From: Shigella phage Sd1 | Sequence record: MF158042 | Reading direction: 5' to 3' (one strand) | DNA length: 48,262 bases | In this document: piece by piece, positions 1 through 8,034 of the stretch | Numbering within the stretch: the stretch's first letter is position 1 | How the letters are laid out: each line of letters begins with the position of its first letter | Notes under the pieces: model-generated | The model's database searches: none | Told to the model about the DNA's origin: nothing | Seen by the model: the letters and a program-made list of their open reading frames with translations, nothing else | Program-made: the position numbers and the translations under genes

Positions 1-316
1 TAAAGCCTTATCTACTGCCGCCTTATGGATTGCAAGGTGCTTCATGAGAAGTGCGTCGCACTCGCGCTTTGTGTATACCTTCCCTGGAATAACGTCTGAA
101 CCAGTGATGCCTGCGCAAATAGTCCACACCCCAGCAACATCCCTGTAAGGCCTGTACTCAACACCCTCATGCTCATTCAGGAATGGAACCGCCAACGCCA
201 TTGCGCCAGCTACAGCCGAACCAATGACCTTATTCTTGATGCTCATCATTTACTCCTGATTCTCATTGCCTCGCGAATGTCGCCATCCTCAAGTGCTTTA
301 TGGAGCGCTTTACTGT
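1..316. repeat. Terminal duplication; identical to 47947-48262 (window overlaps itself by 316 bp)
   Basis: Direct comparison of the first and last lines of the window shows identical sequence; consistent with a circular or circularly permuted genome of about 47,946 bp. Confidence 0.9.
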
Positions 317-461
317 CACGCCAGCGCAGCCATGCGCCAAAAATACCAAAGCACACGGCAATAACTAAGCCAATAATGCCGATGATTGTGTTGTCAGATA
401 AACCGCCGCCCATAGCTACTCCGCTACCGGACAAGGCGGCTGCGTCATAGAAATGCTTCAT
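246..461 (-). CDS. Holin (pinholin-like, 71 aa); 3' end duplicated at window end
   Basis: Small protein with Gly/Ala-rich weak hydrophobic segment and a strong TM segment (TIIGIIGLVIAVCFGIFGAWL) plus charged C-terminus; stop overlaps endolysin start (ATGA) across the wrap point. Confidence 0.5.
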   Translation of the reverse strand: MKHFYDAAALSGSGVAMGGGLSDNTIIGIIGLVIAVCFGIFGAWLRWRDSKALHKALEDGDIREAMRIRSK

Positions 462-520
462 GTTGCGGCCTCTTTAAGTTGATTTGGTTAAATAATACCA
501 GACATTGCACTTTGACATAA

Positions 521-550
521 ACGAAAAAAGGCAGCCATAAAGGCCGCCTG
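521..550 (-). terminator. Putative rho-independent terminator (minus strand)
   Basis: GC stem ggcagcc/ggccgcc with one mismatch, followed on the minus strand by a T-run. Confidence 0.4.
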
Positions 551-575
551 TTTGCAAGTTGATGTTTATTATAAG

Positions 576-749
576 TTAGTCTGCGATAATAAATTCCACC
601 AATTCTCCATCAATCGGGGCGAAGATCCAAGTCATGTCATCTCCATAAATCTTGTAGTTACCATCACCCTGGTACTCACCACTGTAAGGATTGTTTACAG
701 TAAATGGAAGTGATTTGGATTTGTTGCTAAAGCAGAATAATTTAGTCAT
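576..749 (-). CDS. Hypothetical small protein (57 aa), not in ORF track
   Basis: ATG with upstream gagag SD-like sequence, open frame to TAA. Confidence 0.3.
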   Translation of the reverse strand: MTKLFCFSNKSKSLPFTVNNPYSGEYQGDGNYKIYGDDMTWIFAPIDGELVEFIIAD

Positions 750-761
750 TTTGATAATCTC

Positions 762-950
762 TCAACGGTTTACGCAAATAAGCGTGTTTACATTAATCGG
801 GAAGCAGTTGCCACCCATTGTATTAATCATTACGAAAGTACAGTTAGGGTAATACTCAAGGCTCCTGGCTTTAACTACTTGCGATGGGCAATTTGAGAAC
901 AAAACTTCATCGCCCACCTTAACCATGTCAACTTTAATTGTTTGCAGCAT
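762..950 (-). CDS. Hypothetical protein
   Basis: ORF in co-directional early gene block. Confidence 0.4.
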   Translation of the reverse strand: MLQTIKVDMVKVGDEVLFSNCPSQVVKARSLEYYPNCTFVMINTMGGNCFPINVNTLICVNR

Positions 951-1135
951 TAACGCTCTCCAAGTGCCGCAAGTATTGCATAAGCGATTTCACGTGCATT
1001 CTTAGAGGTAAGGTTAATGGTGTCAACTTTCATATCTTCTTCGCTAGAGCCATACGCCTGCGCAATCTTAAAGGTCTTACCAAAACCAACATCTTTAACT
1101 TCGATTTGTGCATCTGATTGTGTGAACTTAGCCAT
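950..1135 (-). CDS. Hypothetical protein (61 aa, start at MAKFTQ)
   Basis: Internal ATG preceded by gagagg SD and by the conserved promoter/leader element. Confidence 0.45.
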   Translation of the reverse strand: MAKFTQSDAQIEVKDVGFGKTFKIAQAYGSSEEDMKVDTINLTSKNAREIAYAILAALGER

Positions 1136-1168
1136 TTTTGTATCCTCTCGTTTTGTTTCGATGGAGTA

Positions 1169-1211
1169 AATATACCCCATCGTTTGATTTTCGTTTTAGC
1201 TATTCGTGCTG
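1169..1211 (-). promoter_or_regulatory. Palindrome-type promoter P1 (tagctattcgtgctg, 22-bp spacer, TATATT)
   Basis: Member of repeated architecture: TAGCA-N5-TGCTA site, 22 bp, -10-like hexamer, leader ctccatcgaaacaaaac. Confidence 0.55.
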
Positions 1212-1215
1212 TTTA

Positions 1216-2343
1216 TTACATTCCTGGGCGGTAAATGAATCGACCAATCTCACCAAACTTCTTGTGGTAAACAATTACTGCAGCCTGTCGATAGCTCCTC
1301 CAACCACCACGAGCAGCGTAAGCATCCTTACTCGCTAGCGCCGGGTGAACCTCGTCAATACCAAGAGTGCATTCTGTTACTGTTGCATGATGGAAGTGGC
1401 CTGAGTGGCAATAAACAAACTCACATTCACCAAAGTCCTTGCGATAATCAGTGGCCATTGCAGAAAGTCTTCCCTCAGCTTTCTTCATGGTGTGACCATG
1501 AGTATAACCAAGCAATGTAGACCCGTAGCGAGTCTTGTGCATGATTGCAGGACTAACATCAACATAGACTCGTGGCTCATTGTCATAGAATGCAGCCATT
1601 GCAGCGCGCAGCCAAATCATTGATGCCTGATCGTGGTTGCCTTCAATAACCTGAATCTCAACCTCTTTATGCTTCATTAGCATCTTAGTTACAGTTGCAC
1701 GCAGAGATCGAATAGCAACATATACCAACTTGGCAAATCGACTATCCTGATCAAGTACGTGCTTACTTGCTGGTGTAACCGCATCAAGACCATCAGAGTG
1801 AAGGAAATCACCTCCAATCAGAAGCACTGCCTTCTCTGAATTTGGAGCTTTGCTAATTGAATAGTCAAAGTATGAATTCATCAACTTTTCAGCTGTTGAC
1901 GTGTCGTAGTTCTCACCAGCCTCGTGGGCGTGAGCCATCATGCCAATGTGAATGTCAAAAACCGGGTAAAGCGTTAACGTCTCATCGAAATCAACTTTAT
2001 CACTCTCAACAACTTCAGCCTTCGGGAGTTCTGAGCAAAATGCCTCTTTTGCTTGAGTCATAATCTCTTCAAGTCGCTCATTATCAATACTAGTCTTCAC
2101 CCATCGAATCTTCTCGTTACCTTCAGCATCAATCATGGTTGAAGTTCCTTTAACCATGTAGCCATCTGGAACTAGCTTCTTGATACCTTCATTTCCGTGA
2201 CCATCACCAGCTTTGGCCAGCTTGCTACGACGCAATTCAACGTTGCGAATGTTCATTCCGTACTTCTCTGCGATCGCCTTATTGGTCATTCCATTTTCAA
2301 GTTCTTCGCGTAGTTGTTCGTTGCTAATCTTTGCAGTTGCCAT
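1216..2343 (-). CDS. Calcineurin-like metallophosphoesterase with N-terminal HTH region
   Basis: Motifs DIHIG, GGDFLHSD, GNHD, HGHT, HSGHFHH in translation; N-terminal segment NKAIAEKYGMNIRNVELRR looks like a helix-turn-helix. Confidence 0.6.
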   Translation of the reverse strand: MATAKISNEQLREELENGMTNKAIAEKYGMNIRNVELRRSKLAKAGDGHGNEGIKKLVPDGYMVKGTSTMIDAEGNEKIRWVKTSIDNERLEEIMTQAKEAFCSELPKAEVVESDKVDFDETLTLYPVFDIHIGMMAHAHEAGENYDTSTAEKLMNSYFDYSISKAPNSEKAVLLIGGDFLHSDGLDAVTPASKHVLDQDSRFAKLVYVAIRSLRATVTKMLMKHKEVEIQVIEGNHDQASMIWLRAAMAAFYDNEPRVYVDVSPAIMHKTRYGSTLLGYTHGHTMKKAEGRLSAMATDYRKDFGECEFVYCHSGHFHHATVTECTLGIDEVHPALASKDAYAARGGWRSYRQAAVIVYHKKFGEIGRFIYRPGM

Positions 2344-2426
2344 TATATAAGTTCCTTAATTCATTACGATAAAGTATAGGATAGTAAAGCTAAACAGTGG
2401 TGCTAATGCTACTAGTATAAGGCTCT

Positions 2427-2678
2427 TCATTCAACTTCTTTCAACCAGTAGTCGATAACTTCCTCACTAATTGCTAATTTCTTGTCAAGGTCAGTCATGC
2501 ACAGATTTCCGCATGCCGGAGAGTAGTAAATCTGCACCCACTTCCCGTCTTTAGTTTTTGCATTCACATCTACATAATCAGGAGGCAACCAGTCAGCAAT
2601 AGGTATCACTCTAAACTTCGCTCCACTTTGCCCATACACTAAATCGTAATGCTCTGGCTGAAAATCAAAACCCAACAT
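2427..2678 (-). CDS. Hypothetical protein
   Basis: ORF in early block. Confidence 0.4.
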   Translation of the reverse strand: MLGFDFQPEHYDLVYGQSGAKFRVIPIADWLPPDYVDVNAKTKDGKWVQIYYSPACGNLCMTDLDKKLAISEEVIDYWLKEVE

Positions 2679-2680
2679 AC

Positions 2681-2929
2681 TTAATCCTTAGGCTTCGTTA
2701 TCTTAAACTTGAATCCCTCAGATTTAAGGAATTCATTAACATCAATTCTCACACCTGGCTTAACTCTTACGTATTTTCTTGGGCGTTCATCCATGTAAGA
2801 GAATTTCCCATTAAACACAACACTGATATCTTTTATGTCAAAGAATCGGGATATCTGCTTAATGTCACATTGCAAGCCAGCCTCTCCACAATGCGCCCAT
2901 ACAGCGGCGCGTCCGGTTTCAACTATCAT
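2681..2929 (-). CDS. Hypothetical protein
   Basis: ORF in early block; start overlaps upstream small ORF stop (ATGA). Confidence 0.4.
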   Translation of the reverse strand: MIVETGRAAVWAHCGEAGLQCDIKQISRFFDIKDISVVFNGKFSYMDERPRKYVRVKPGVRIDVNEFLKSEGFKFKITKPKD

Positions 2930-3051
2930 AATCCGTAAGCCATTTTCAGGTATTCTTTAGCGCACATCCAAAGATAGTCGCAACTTTGATTTACCGCCGC
3001 CTTTGAATATATCTGAGCAAGGTCGAACATCTCTTTGTCTACAATTTTCAT
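2926..3051 (-). CDS. Hypothetical small protein (41 aa), not in ORF track
   Basis: ATG 30 nt downstream of a palindrome-type promoter; ATGA overlap with next gene. Confidence 0.3.
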   Translation of the reverse strand: MKIVDKEMFDLAQIYSKAAVNQSCDYLWMCAKEYLKMAYGL

Positions 3052-3081
3052 CTCTCAATCCTCTGCGCTGTTGATGTGTTT

Positions 3082-3124
3082 AATATAATCCATCCGTGGA
3101 TTTTAGTTTTAACAAAAAGTGCTA
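3082..3124 (-). promoter_or_regulatory. Palindrome-type promoter P12 (variant site taacaaaaagtgcta, 22-bp spacer, TATATT)
   Basis: Same architecture; site overlaps stop codon of upstream gene. Confidence 0.5.
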
Positions 3125-3313
3125 TTCGACTAAGAAACTAACTTCCTTTCCGTTCGAATCTCTGCACCCGTAATATCCATCACCTTGATAACTAACGAAC
3201 CATTGGCAACCATCGTCGCTTTCTACTGTTATTTCACCATCTGAATGAAAGTTAATTTCGTAATCATCGAGCAGTGTAAAGTGTCCATTTGTTTTTACAC
3301 AGATGCCAGTCAT
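3122..3313 (-). CDS. Hypothetical protein (start at MTGICV)
   Basis: ATG with ggag SD 8 nt upstream; ORF track start is a TTG further upstream. Confidence 0.4.
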   Translation of the reverse strand: MTGICVKTNGHFTLLDDYEINFHSDGEITVESDDGCQWFVSYQGDGYYGCRDSNGKEVSFLVE

Positions 3314-3531
3314 AAGAAATACTCCGGGCAATCTTTCTTCATTTCTTCAATGTCAGCAACCATACGGTCGCGCCATGTTTCGATATCTGTTTTCAGGTAA
3401 TCTTCTTCGAAACTATAATCAAGGCACCACGCTAAATCCCAAACGTCATGTTTATATCCAGACTTGGTCAACTCCTGAGCCACCATCGCCTGAAAGAGTT
3501 CCCATTGCTTATCAAAAGTTAATTTTTTCAT
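3310..3531 (-). CDS. Hypothetical protein
   Basis: ORF, start/stop overlaps with neighbours. Confidence 0.45.
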   Translation of the reverse strand: MKKLTFDKQWELFQAMVAQELTKSGYKHDVWDLAWCLDYSFEEDYLKTDIETWRDRMVADIEEMKKDCPEYFL

Positions 3532-3689
3532 TATTCTGACACTCCAAATCCATCAATTAGCCTAATAGGAACAACAACCTCACATCCACCATCAATTACG
3601 AAAACAAACTTGTCAATGTATTGTGAGAATGTGTTGAATAAGAATTTTGAATCCTCTCCGGTTTTCCAGTTTACGATTGCCTCTCTCAT
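3531..3689 (-). CDS. Hypothetical small protein (52 aa), not in ORF track
   Basis: ATG overlapping stop of upstream gene (ATGA), open to TAA. Confidence 0.3.
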   Translation of the reverse strand: MREAIVNWKTGEDSKFLFNTFSQYIDKFVFVIDGGCEVVVPIRLIDGFGVSE

Positions 3690-3886
3690 TCTGATACCTC
3701 ATCAAACTTTTCACCAAATGCGTTTTTAACAGTTTCCAGGTCATCTTTGTATGTTGGGCTAACCTCGAATGCGTAACCATCGTTATCATCAAGTGAATAT
3801 CCGGAATCTGAAATAACAAGCTCATATTGATAACCAGTCTTGCGTGATTCGTAGATTTTTCCAGTAAATATAGTGATAGCAGCCAT
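3686..3886 (-). CDS. Hypothetical protein (start at MAAITIF)
   Basis: ATG preceded by conserved leader cttcatcgaaacgaaacgcagagagagaaacaaa and promoter P2. Confidence 0.45.
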   Translation of the reverse strand: MAAITIFTGKIYESRKTGYQYELVISDSGYSLDDNDGYAFEVSPTYKDDLETVKNAFGEKFDEVSE

Positions 3887-3922
3887 TTTGTTTCTCTCTC
3901 TGCGTTTCGTTTCGATGAAGTG

Positions 3923-3965
3923 ATAATACACCACCTCACCGATTCGTCTTTAGCAATTCGTGCTA
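3923..3965 (-). promoter_or_regulatory. Palindrome-type promoter P2 (tagcaattcgtgcta, 22-bp spacer, TATTAT)
   Basis: Same architecture; site overlaps VRR-NUC stop codon. Confidence 0.55.
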
Positions 3966-4382
3966 TTTTGAAATCATTTCTTTGAATGCCGCAAGAAAAC
4001 CTTCACGCCCATAAGCCACAGCTGCGAAACCCCCTGCTTCCCTTACGCTTTTTAAGAAAGCCTTTTGGTCTTCACTGACTGGACTAGCCTGAGTTTTTCC
4101 CGCCCTCTTTAGCTCTATAGCTCCAAATGGATATCTTCCTCGCAATGATTCAGGTATCAGAAAAAAGCAATCTGATACGCCCTTAAGGAGGCCTTTTGCC
4201 GCATCCTTTCTGGCTGCGCACATTGATTTCTTTCCCTCATTAACGGTATGCCAATAGAGAATCTGAGGGTGGTTATACTTAACCCAATCAGAGCAAAAGA
4301 TTTGTTCGTCATCCTCCTTTGGGCATGACTTAACCGGGCCCTGGTAAAACTCAATGTAATCCTCTTTATCTGTAATTTTCAT
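3963..4382 (-). CDS. VRR-NUC domain nuclease
   Basis: Translation contains GVSDCFFLIPE...GAIELKRAG...SEDQKAFL pattern typical of VRR-NUC; start at MKITDK with ggagg SD. Confidence 0.6.
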   Translation of the reverse strand: MKITDKEDYIEFYQGPVKSCPKEDDEQIFCSDWVKYNHPQILYWHTVNEGKKSMCAARKDAAKGLLKGVSDCFFLIPESLRGRYPFGAIELKRAGKTQASPVSEDQKAFLKSVREAGGFAAVAYGREGFLAAFKEMISK

Positions 4383-4383
4383 C

Positions 4384-6378
4384 TCAATCCTCCATAGTAA
4401 AAGATTTGTTTGCAATGATATCCTGACCTTTCTGATTTTTTCTGTGAGTCACCCGCAATGGCTCACGAAATTGACTTGCGTTAGTCATAATCATTCTTGC
4501 ATTACGCAGTCTCCCGATTCTAAATGCCTCCGCTTTGTTCTGTATGTGAGTCTGACAAAATGCTTTCCACTTAACAGAGCAAACACGATGGTCACTTTCT
4601 GGAAAAAATGTTTCATATGCAATGAACTTTTGACCATTGTGCGCCATGATTTCATAACGAGCAACTATGCCAGTTTGGTTTTTAGTTAGGCCAATGCTAA
4701 ATCCGTAAACTCTCAACCAATCCCCTTGGCGATACATCTTTCCCGAAAGTTTGGCGTTAGGGTCAATAAGCATTTCACCACAGCATCTACAGTTTTTGGC
4801 AACTATGTCGTTTTTCTCACCGCAGCCTTTCTTTAATATAACCTTTGTCTGCGGGTCTTCAATGTCATCGCAAGTACGAAACTGAAAAAAATGCTCACAC
4901 CTTTTACCGTCGATAACATTATTACAACGACGAGCAGAAGGAGAGTTCTCATAGCTGCAAGCTGGACATATTCTTGGCTCTTCACCACCCTTACGAGAAG
5001 ACTTGAATTTCTGGTCCTGAACCTCCTCTATGATTGGGTCAAAGTATAATTCTGCCATGTCATCAAGAGTGCCTGCGAAGTCCAATACCACATGATCTTC
5101 TTTAACCATACCCATTTCTTTATGCTTCTTCTTGAGTATACGCATACCACGACCAAGAAGCTGAATAAGCAATGTGATGCTGCCAACCTTGCGAAGAATT
5201 ATTGACGTATCCCACGGTGGGACATTTACGCCGGTTGTGAGGCATCCAATCTGGAAAATGAATTTATACTTACCCTCAGATGCGTCGGATAGAATCTCAC
5301 GGCGTTTTTTCTCCCCCGTGGAGTCGGTTACTATGGCCCAGGTTACACCCTTAGGGAGTGCAGCAGCAGCCTCTTCGCAATGACGCTTACCAGAGCAGGT
5401 AACAAGCGCCGCGTTCCTTGTCTCCATGAACTTTGCTGCAAACTGCATAATCTTTTGTGTCATAGACTGACTCTGGTGAATCTTCTCCTCCATTGCGTTC
5501 AGGTCTTTCTTGCTGAAGTCTTTAATTCCATCATCACCATCTGGCGTAAATTCTGTAAGGTCATAACCCAAATCACCAACCTCGCCGTAAACGGTTGGGA
5601 CAACGAAACCCAAGTCAACCAGGTAATTGGTTGGAACCTGCATAACCGTCTTACGCCAAAAACCTCGAATATTAGGATTACTGACCACTATGTGATTATT
5701 ATCACGGTATGGGCTACCAGTAAGGCCAAAGATACGTAGTTCGCGCTTGTATTTCTCACGGCAACGGCGTTTCATCTCACTTATGATTAATGTGTACTGA
5801 GATCGACCTGTACCAGTTAAGCCCGTATACTCACCATCCTTAAAAACCATCTCACCTTTTGCCGTGCTCATTTGCTCAAACGTTTCTTCGTTCTCTTCTG
5901 CCTCGACAATATCCATGTGATCCACCATATGACACTCATCTATGGCTATTACAGCAGGAACGTAGTCACCAAGCCCCTTAAACAATCCGTTGGCTGCTGT
6001 ACCCTCACTAGCAACTATGGTTTGGTAATAAACTGATTTAACGTTAAGTCCGGCGCAATAGACGCTGTTACGGATACCGAAATTACGAAGCTCTTCTGAG
6101 TTCTGGCTAATTATCTCTGACTGGCGAGAAAGAACCATGTAAGGCAAGCCCAATTGCTCCATGCGCTTACCAATCATAGCAAGAATGATTGTCTTACCGG
6201 CAGACACAGAAAGGTCGGCGATAAATGGTGCCTCGTACTTGCCAATAGCCTTACCAATCGCATCAAATGTTACGCACTGAAAATGATAAGGAGTTACCTC
6301 ACCGAATGAGTAGTCCTTCTGAATCTCTTCAATGCGTTTTTTGTCAAAATTAGCAACCAGTTTCTCGATAGGCAACAT
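4384..6378 (-). CDS. ATP-dependent helicase (SF2, DEAD/DEAH-like) with C-terminal Cys-rich zinc-finger region
   Basis: Walker A SAGKT, DECH box (IDECHMV), C-terminal CPACS...C..C clusters. Confidence 0.7.
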   Translation of the reverse strand: MLPIEKLVANFDKKRIEEIQKDYSFGEVTPYHFQCVTFDAIGKAIGKYEAPFIADLSVSAGKTIILAMIGKRMEQLGLPYMVLSRQSEIISQNSEELRNFGIRNSVYCAGLNVKSVYYQTIVASEGTAANGLFKGLGDYVPAVIAIDECHMVDHMDIVEAEENEETFEQMSTAKGEMVFKDGEYTGLTGTGRSQYTLIISEMKRRCREKYKRELRIFGLTGSPYRDNNHIVVSNPNIRGFWRKTVMQVPTNYLVDLGFVVPTVYGEVGDLGYDLTEFTPDGDDGIKDFSKKDLNAMEEKIHQSQSMTQKIMQFAAKFMETRNAALVTCSGKRHCEEAAAALPKGVTWAIVTDSTGEKKRREILSDASEGKYKFIFQIGCLTTGVNVPPWDTSIILRKVGSITLLIQLLGRGMRILKKKHKEMGMVKEDHVVLDFAGTLDDMAELYFDPIIEEVQDQKFKSSRKGGEEPRICPACSYENSPSARRCNNVIDGKRCEHFFQFRTCDDIEDPQTKVILKKGCGEKNDIVAKNCRCCGEMLIDPNAKLSGKMYRQGDWLRVYGFSIGLTKNQTGIVARYEIMAHNGQKFIAYETFFPESDHRVCSVKWKAFCQTHIQNKAEAFRIGRLRNARMIMTNASQFREPLRVTHRKNQKGQDIIANKSFTMED

Positions 6379-6423
6379 ATCTAAATTCCTATAAAAATTG
6401 TCTTGTAGCGTTTAATTGAGTAC

Positions 6424-6466
6424 AATACTACCATCAAATCGGAATGACTTTTAACAAAAAATGCTA
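6424..6466 (-). promoter_or_regulatory. Palindrome-type promoter P13 upstream of helicase (variant site taacaaaaaatgcta)
   Basis: Palindrome, about 21 bp, TAGTAT-like -10 on the minus strand; lies in divergent region with the plus-strand gene at 6480. Confidence 0.4.
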
Positions 6467-6479
6467 TTGAGGTGGTGAA

Positions 6480-6965
6480 ATGAATGCAGTTGACAAGCGA
6501 ACCATTAATGGTAACAACGGAACAGTCCGCACTGAGGACAAAAGGCAACGCAAGCGACCTTCAGGTTACTACGTTTTAAAAGATGAAGTAAGGGCCGGAC
6601 TGCGCGCACGGCTAGAGATGGTTCTTGATTTCTTCGGCACAAAGGCAAACATAGCAAAGCAGTTAAAGGTAACCCCACAGGCTGTAGAGGAATGGTTTAA
6701 GCGTGGTATGATTTCTGCGCGTGGGGCTCAACTTTCGCACAACTACTACAAGCGAAATGGAGAAGGTTTTCGAGCCACATTCTGCCGACCGGACCTGCAA
6801 TTCGACGGCAACGGCAAGCCATTAACGCTTCGCTGCAAAAAGCGTCACATGCTGCGCGTCGTAACCGAGGCTGAACTAGCCACCAAGCCAGAGTGTCGAT
6901 CATGGCGCAAGATTAAGGAAGAGAATCGTAAAAAGCGAGAGGCAGAGAAAAACAGCACGATTTGA
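6480..6965 (+). CDS. Putative HTH DNA-binding protein
   Basis: Segment IAKQLKVTPQAVEEWFKRGMIS resembles Cro/YdaS-like HTH; gaggtggtg SD. Confidence 0.45.
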   Translation: MNAVDKRTINGNNGTVRTEDKRQRKRPSGYYVLKDEVRAGLRARLEMVLDFFGTKANIAKQLKVTPQAVEEWFKRGMISARGAQLSHNYYKRNGEGFRATFCRPDLQFDGNGKPLTLRCKKRHMLRVVTEAELATKPECRSWRKIKEENRKKREAEKNSTI

Positions 6966-7020
6966 TAAACAATGGCACTGTGCTTTATGTATAGTGCCTT
7001 TATTGTTTATGGAGGTATAC

Positions 7021-7947
7021 ATGAATCATCACGACAAGAATGAAGTAATATCTAAAATGAAAGGGATGTGGGGTGATTTTTACTCGTCACAACTAGGTTG
7101 GACAAGAGAGAATCTAAGTAAGAAACACGGCCCTTGCCCTAGCTGCGGTGGGCGTGATAGGTTTCGCTTCACTGATGAGTTGGGCCAAGAAAAGGGGAAT
7201 GGCTCAGCAATATGTAACCAATGCGGTAATGATAGTGGTGTAGGCTGGGTAATGAAGTGCTCTGGAATGAGTTATAGTGAAACAATAGATACACTTGGTG
7301 ATTGGCTGAATCTCGTTCCAATAGAGGTTATATCAAAAGCAAACAAAAGAGCATCAAGAACTTCACCGTATAAGATGGGGTCGCAAATGGACCATGAAAA
7401 ATGCTGGGAGATAATGCTTAGAACTGAAGTTGTAGAATCAACTCCACTCAGTACATACGAGGGTATCTATAGCGAGTTTGGTTTTGATGTTGGCCGGACA
7501 AAGTCAGGAGAAATAATTCACGCAATACCGTGCTTTATGGCATATGATGATGGCATATCAGAAGAGATGTGCAATGTGATGTTTATTAACGAGGAAGGAG
7601 ATGTTAGCTATGCTGCAAAAGATTATTCACGTCAGTCTGTGGCTGTTATTGGTTCCCTTAAGGATGATGAGTTCGCTTATTTGGTCGATAATTGGATTGA
7701 TGGTGTTCGCGTTCATCTTGCTACTGGGAACCGCTGTGTGCTTGTTTGCCACTCAAGCTACAACATGGAAATGATTGCTTACGCGCTTAGAAACTACAAG
7801 TTACGCATCGCTTGTACTCGCCACGATTTTGATTTACTCGCTGTTGCTGACGACCGCAATCTTGATATTGTAATACCAAATGATGATAACCACTTCAAAT
7901 CAGGAATAAGAAAGCGAATATACAAAGCAAGTGAATTGCTAGACTAA
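7021..7947 (+). CDS. Putative DNA primase (zinc-ribbon type)
   Basis: N-terminal CPSCGG...CNQCGN zinc-binding motif; ATG with perfect ggagg SD; sits beside the helicase. Confidence 0.55.
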   Translation: MNHHDKNEVISKMKGMWGDFYSSQLGWTRENLSKKHGPCPSCGGRDRFRFTDELGQEKGNGSAICNQCGNDSGVGWVMKCSGMSYSETIDTLGDWLNLVPIEVISKANKRASRTSPYKMGSQMDHEKCWEIMLRTEVVESTPLSTYEGIYSEFGFDVGRTKSGEIIHAIPCFMAYDDGISEEMCNVMFINEEGDVSYAAKDYSRQSVAVIGSLKDDEFAYLVDNWIDGVRVHLATGNRCVLVCHSSYNMEMIAYALRNYKLRIACTRHDFDLLAVADDRNLDIVIPNDDNHFKSGIRKRIYKASELLD

Positions 7948-7969
7948 CCTCCTTCGGGAGGTTTTTTTA
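7946..7969 (+). terminator. Rho-independent terminator after primase
   Basis: aacctcc-ttcg-ggaggtt stem-loop followed by TTTTTT. Confidence 0.75.
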
Positions 7970-7995
7970 TACCTGAAAGATGCTACAATCCAACT

Positions 7996-8010
7996 TAGCA
8001 ATTCGTGCTA
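7996..8010. promoter_or_regulatory. Palindrome site S3 (tagcaattcgtgcta) 25 bp upstream of tailspike start
   Basis: Perfect copy of the palindrome but no -10 at the usual plus-strand spacing; possible operator or antisense promoter. Confidence 0.35.
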
Positions 8011-8034
8011 TTTTACAAATGGAGACTTTACACA

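Noticed and set aside
1-316. Terminal duplication as a biologically defined short direct terminal repeat
   Set aside because: Boundaries fall within coding sequence of the lysis genes; more consistent with circular permutation or assembly overlap. Cannot be settled from sequence alone.
169-450. Plus-strand ORF (93 aa) overlapping the holin gene antisense
   Set aside because: Lies entirely antisense to a better-supported minus-strand gene in a minus-strand operon; Pro/Ser/Ala-rich low-complexity translation.
3613-3939. 108-aa minus-strand ORF
   Set aside because: Alternative frame overlapping the better-supported genes 3686-3886 and 3531-3689; no SD and no promoter leader.
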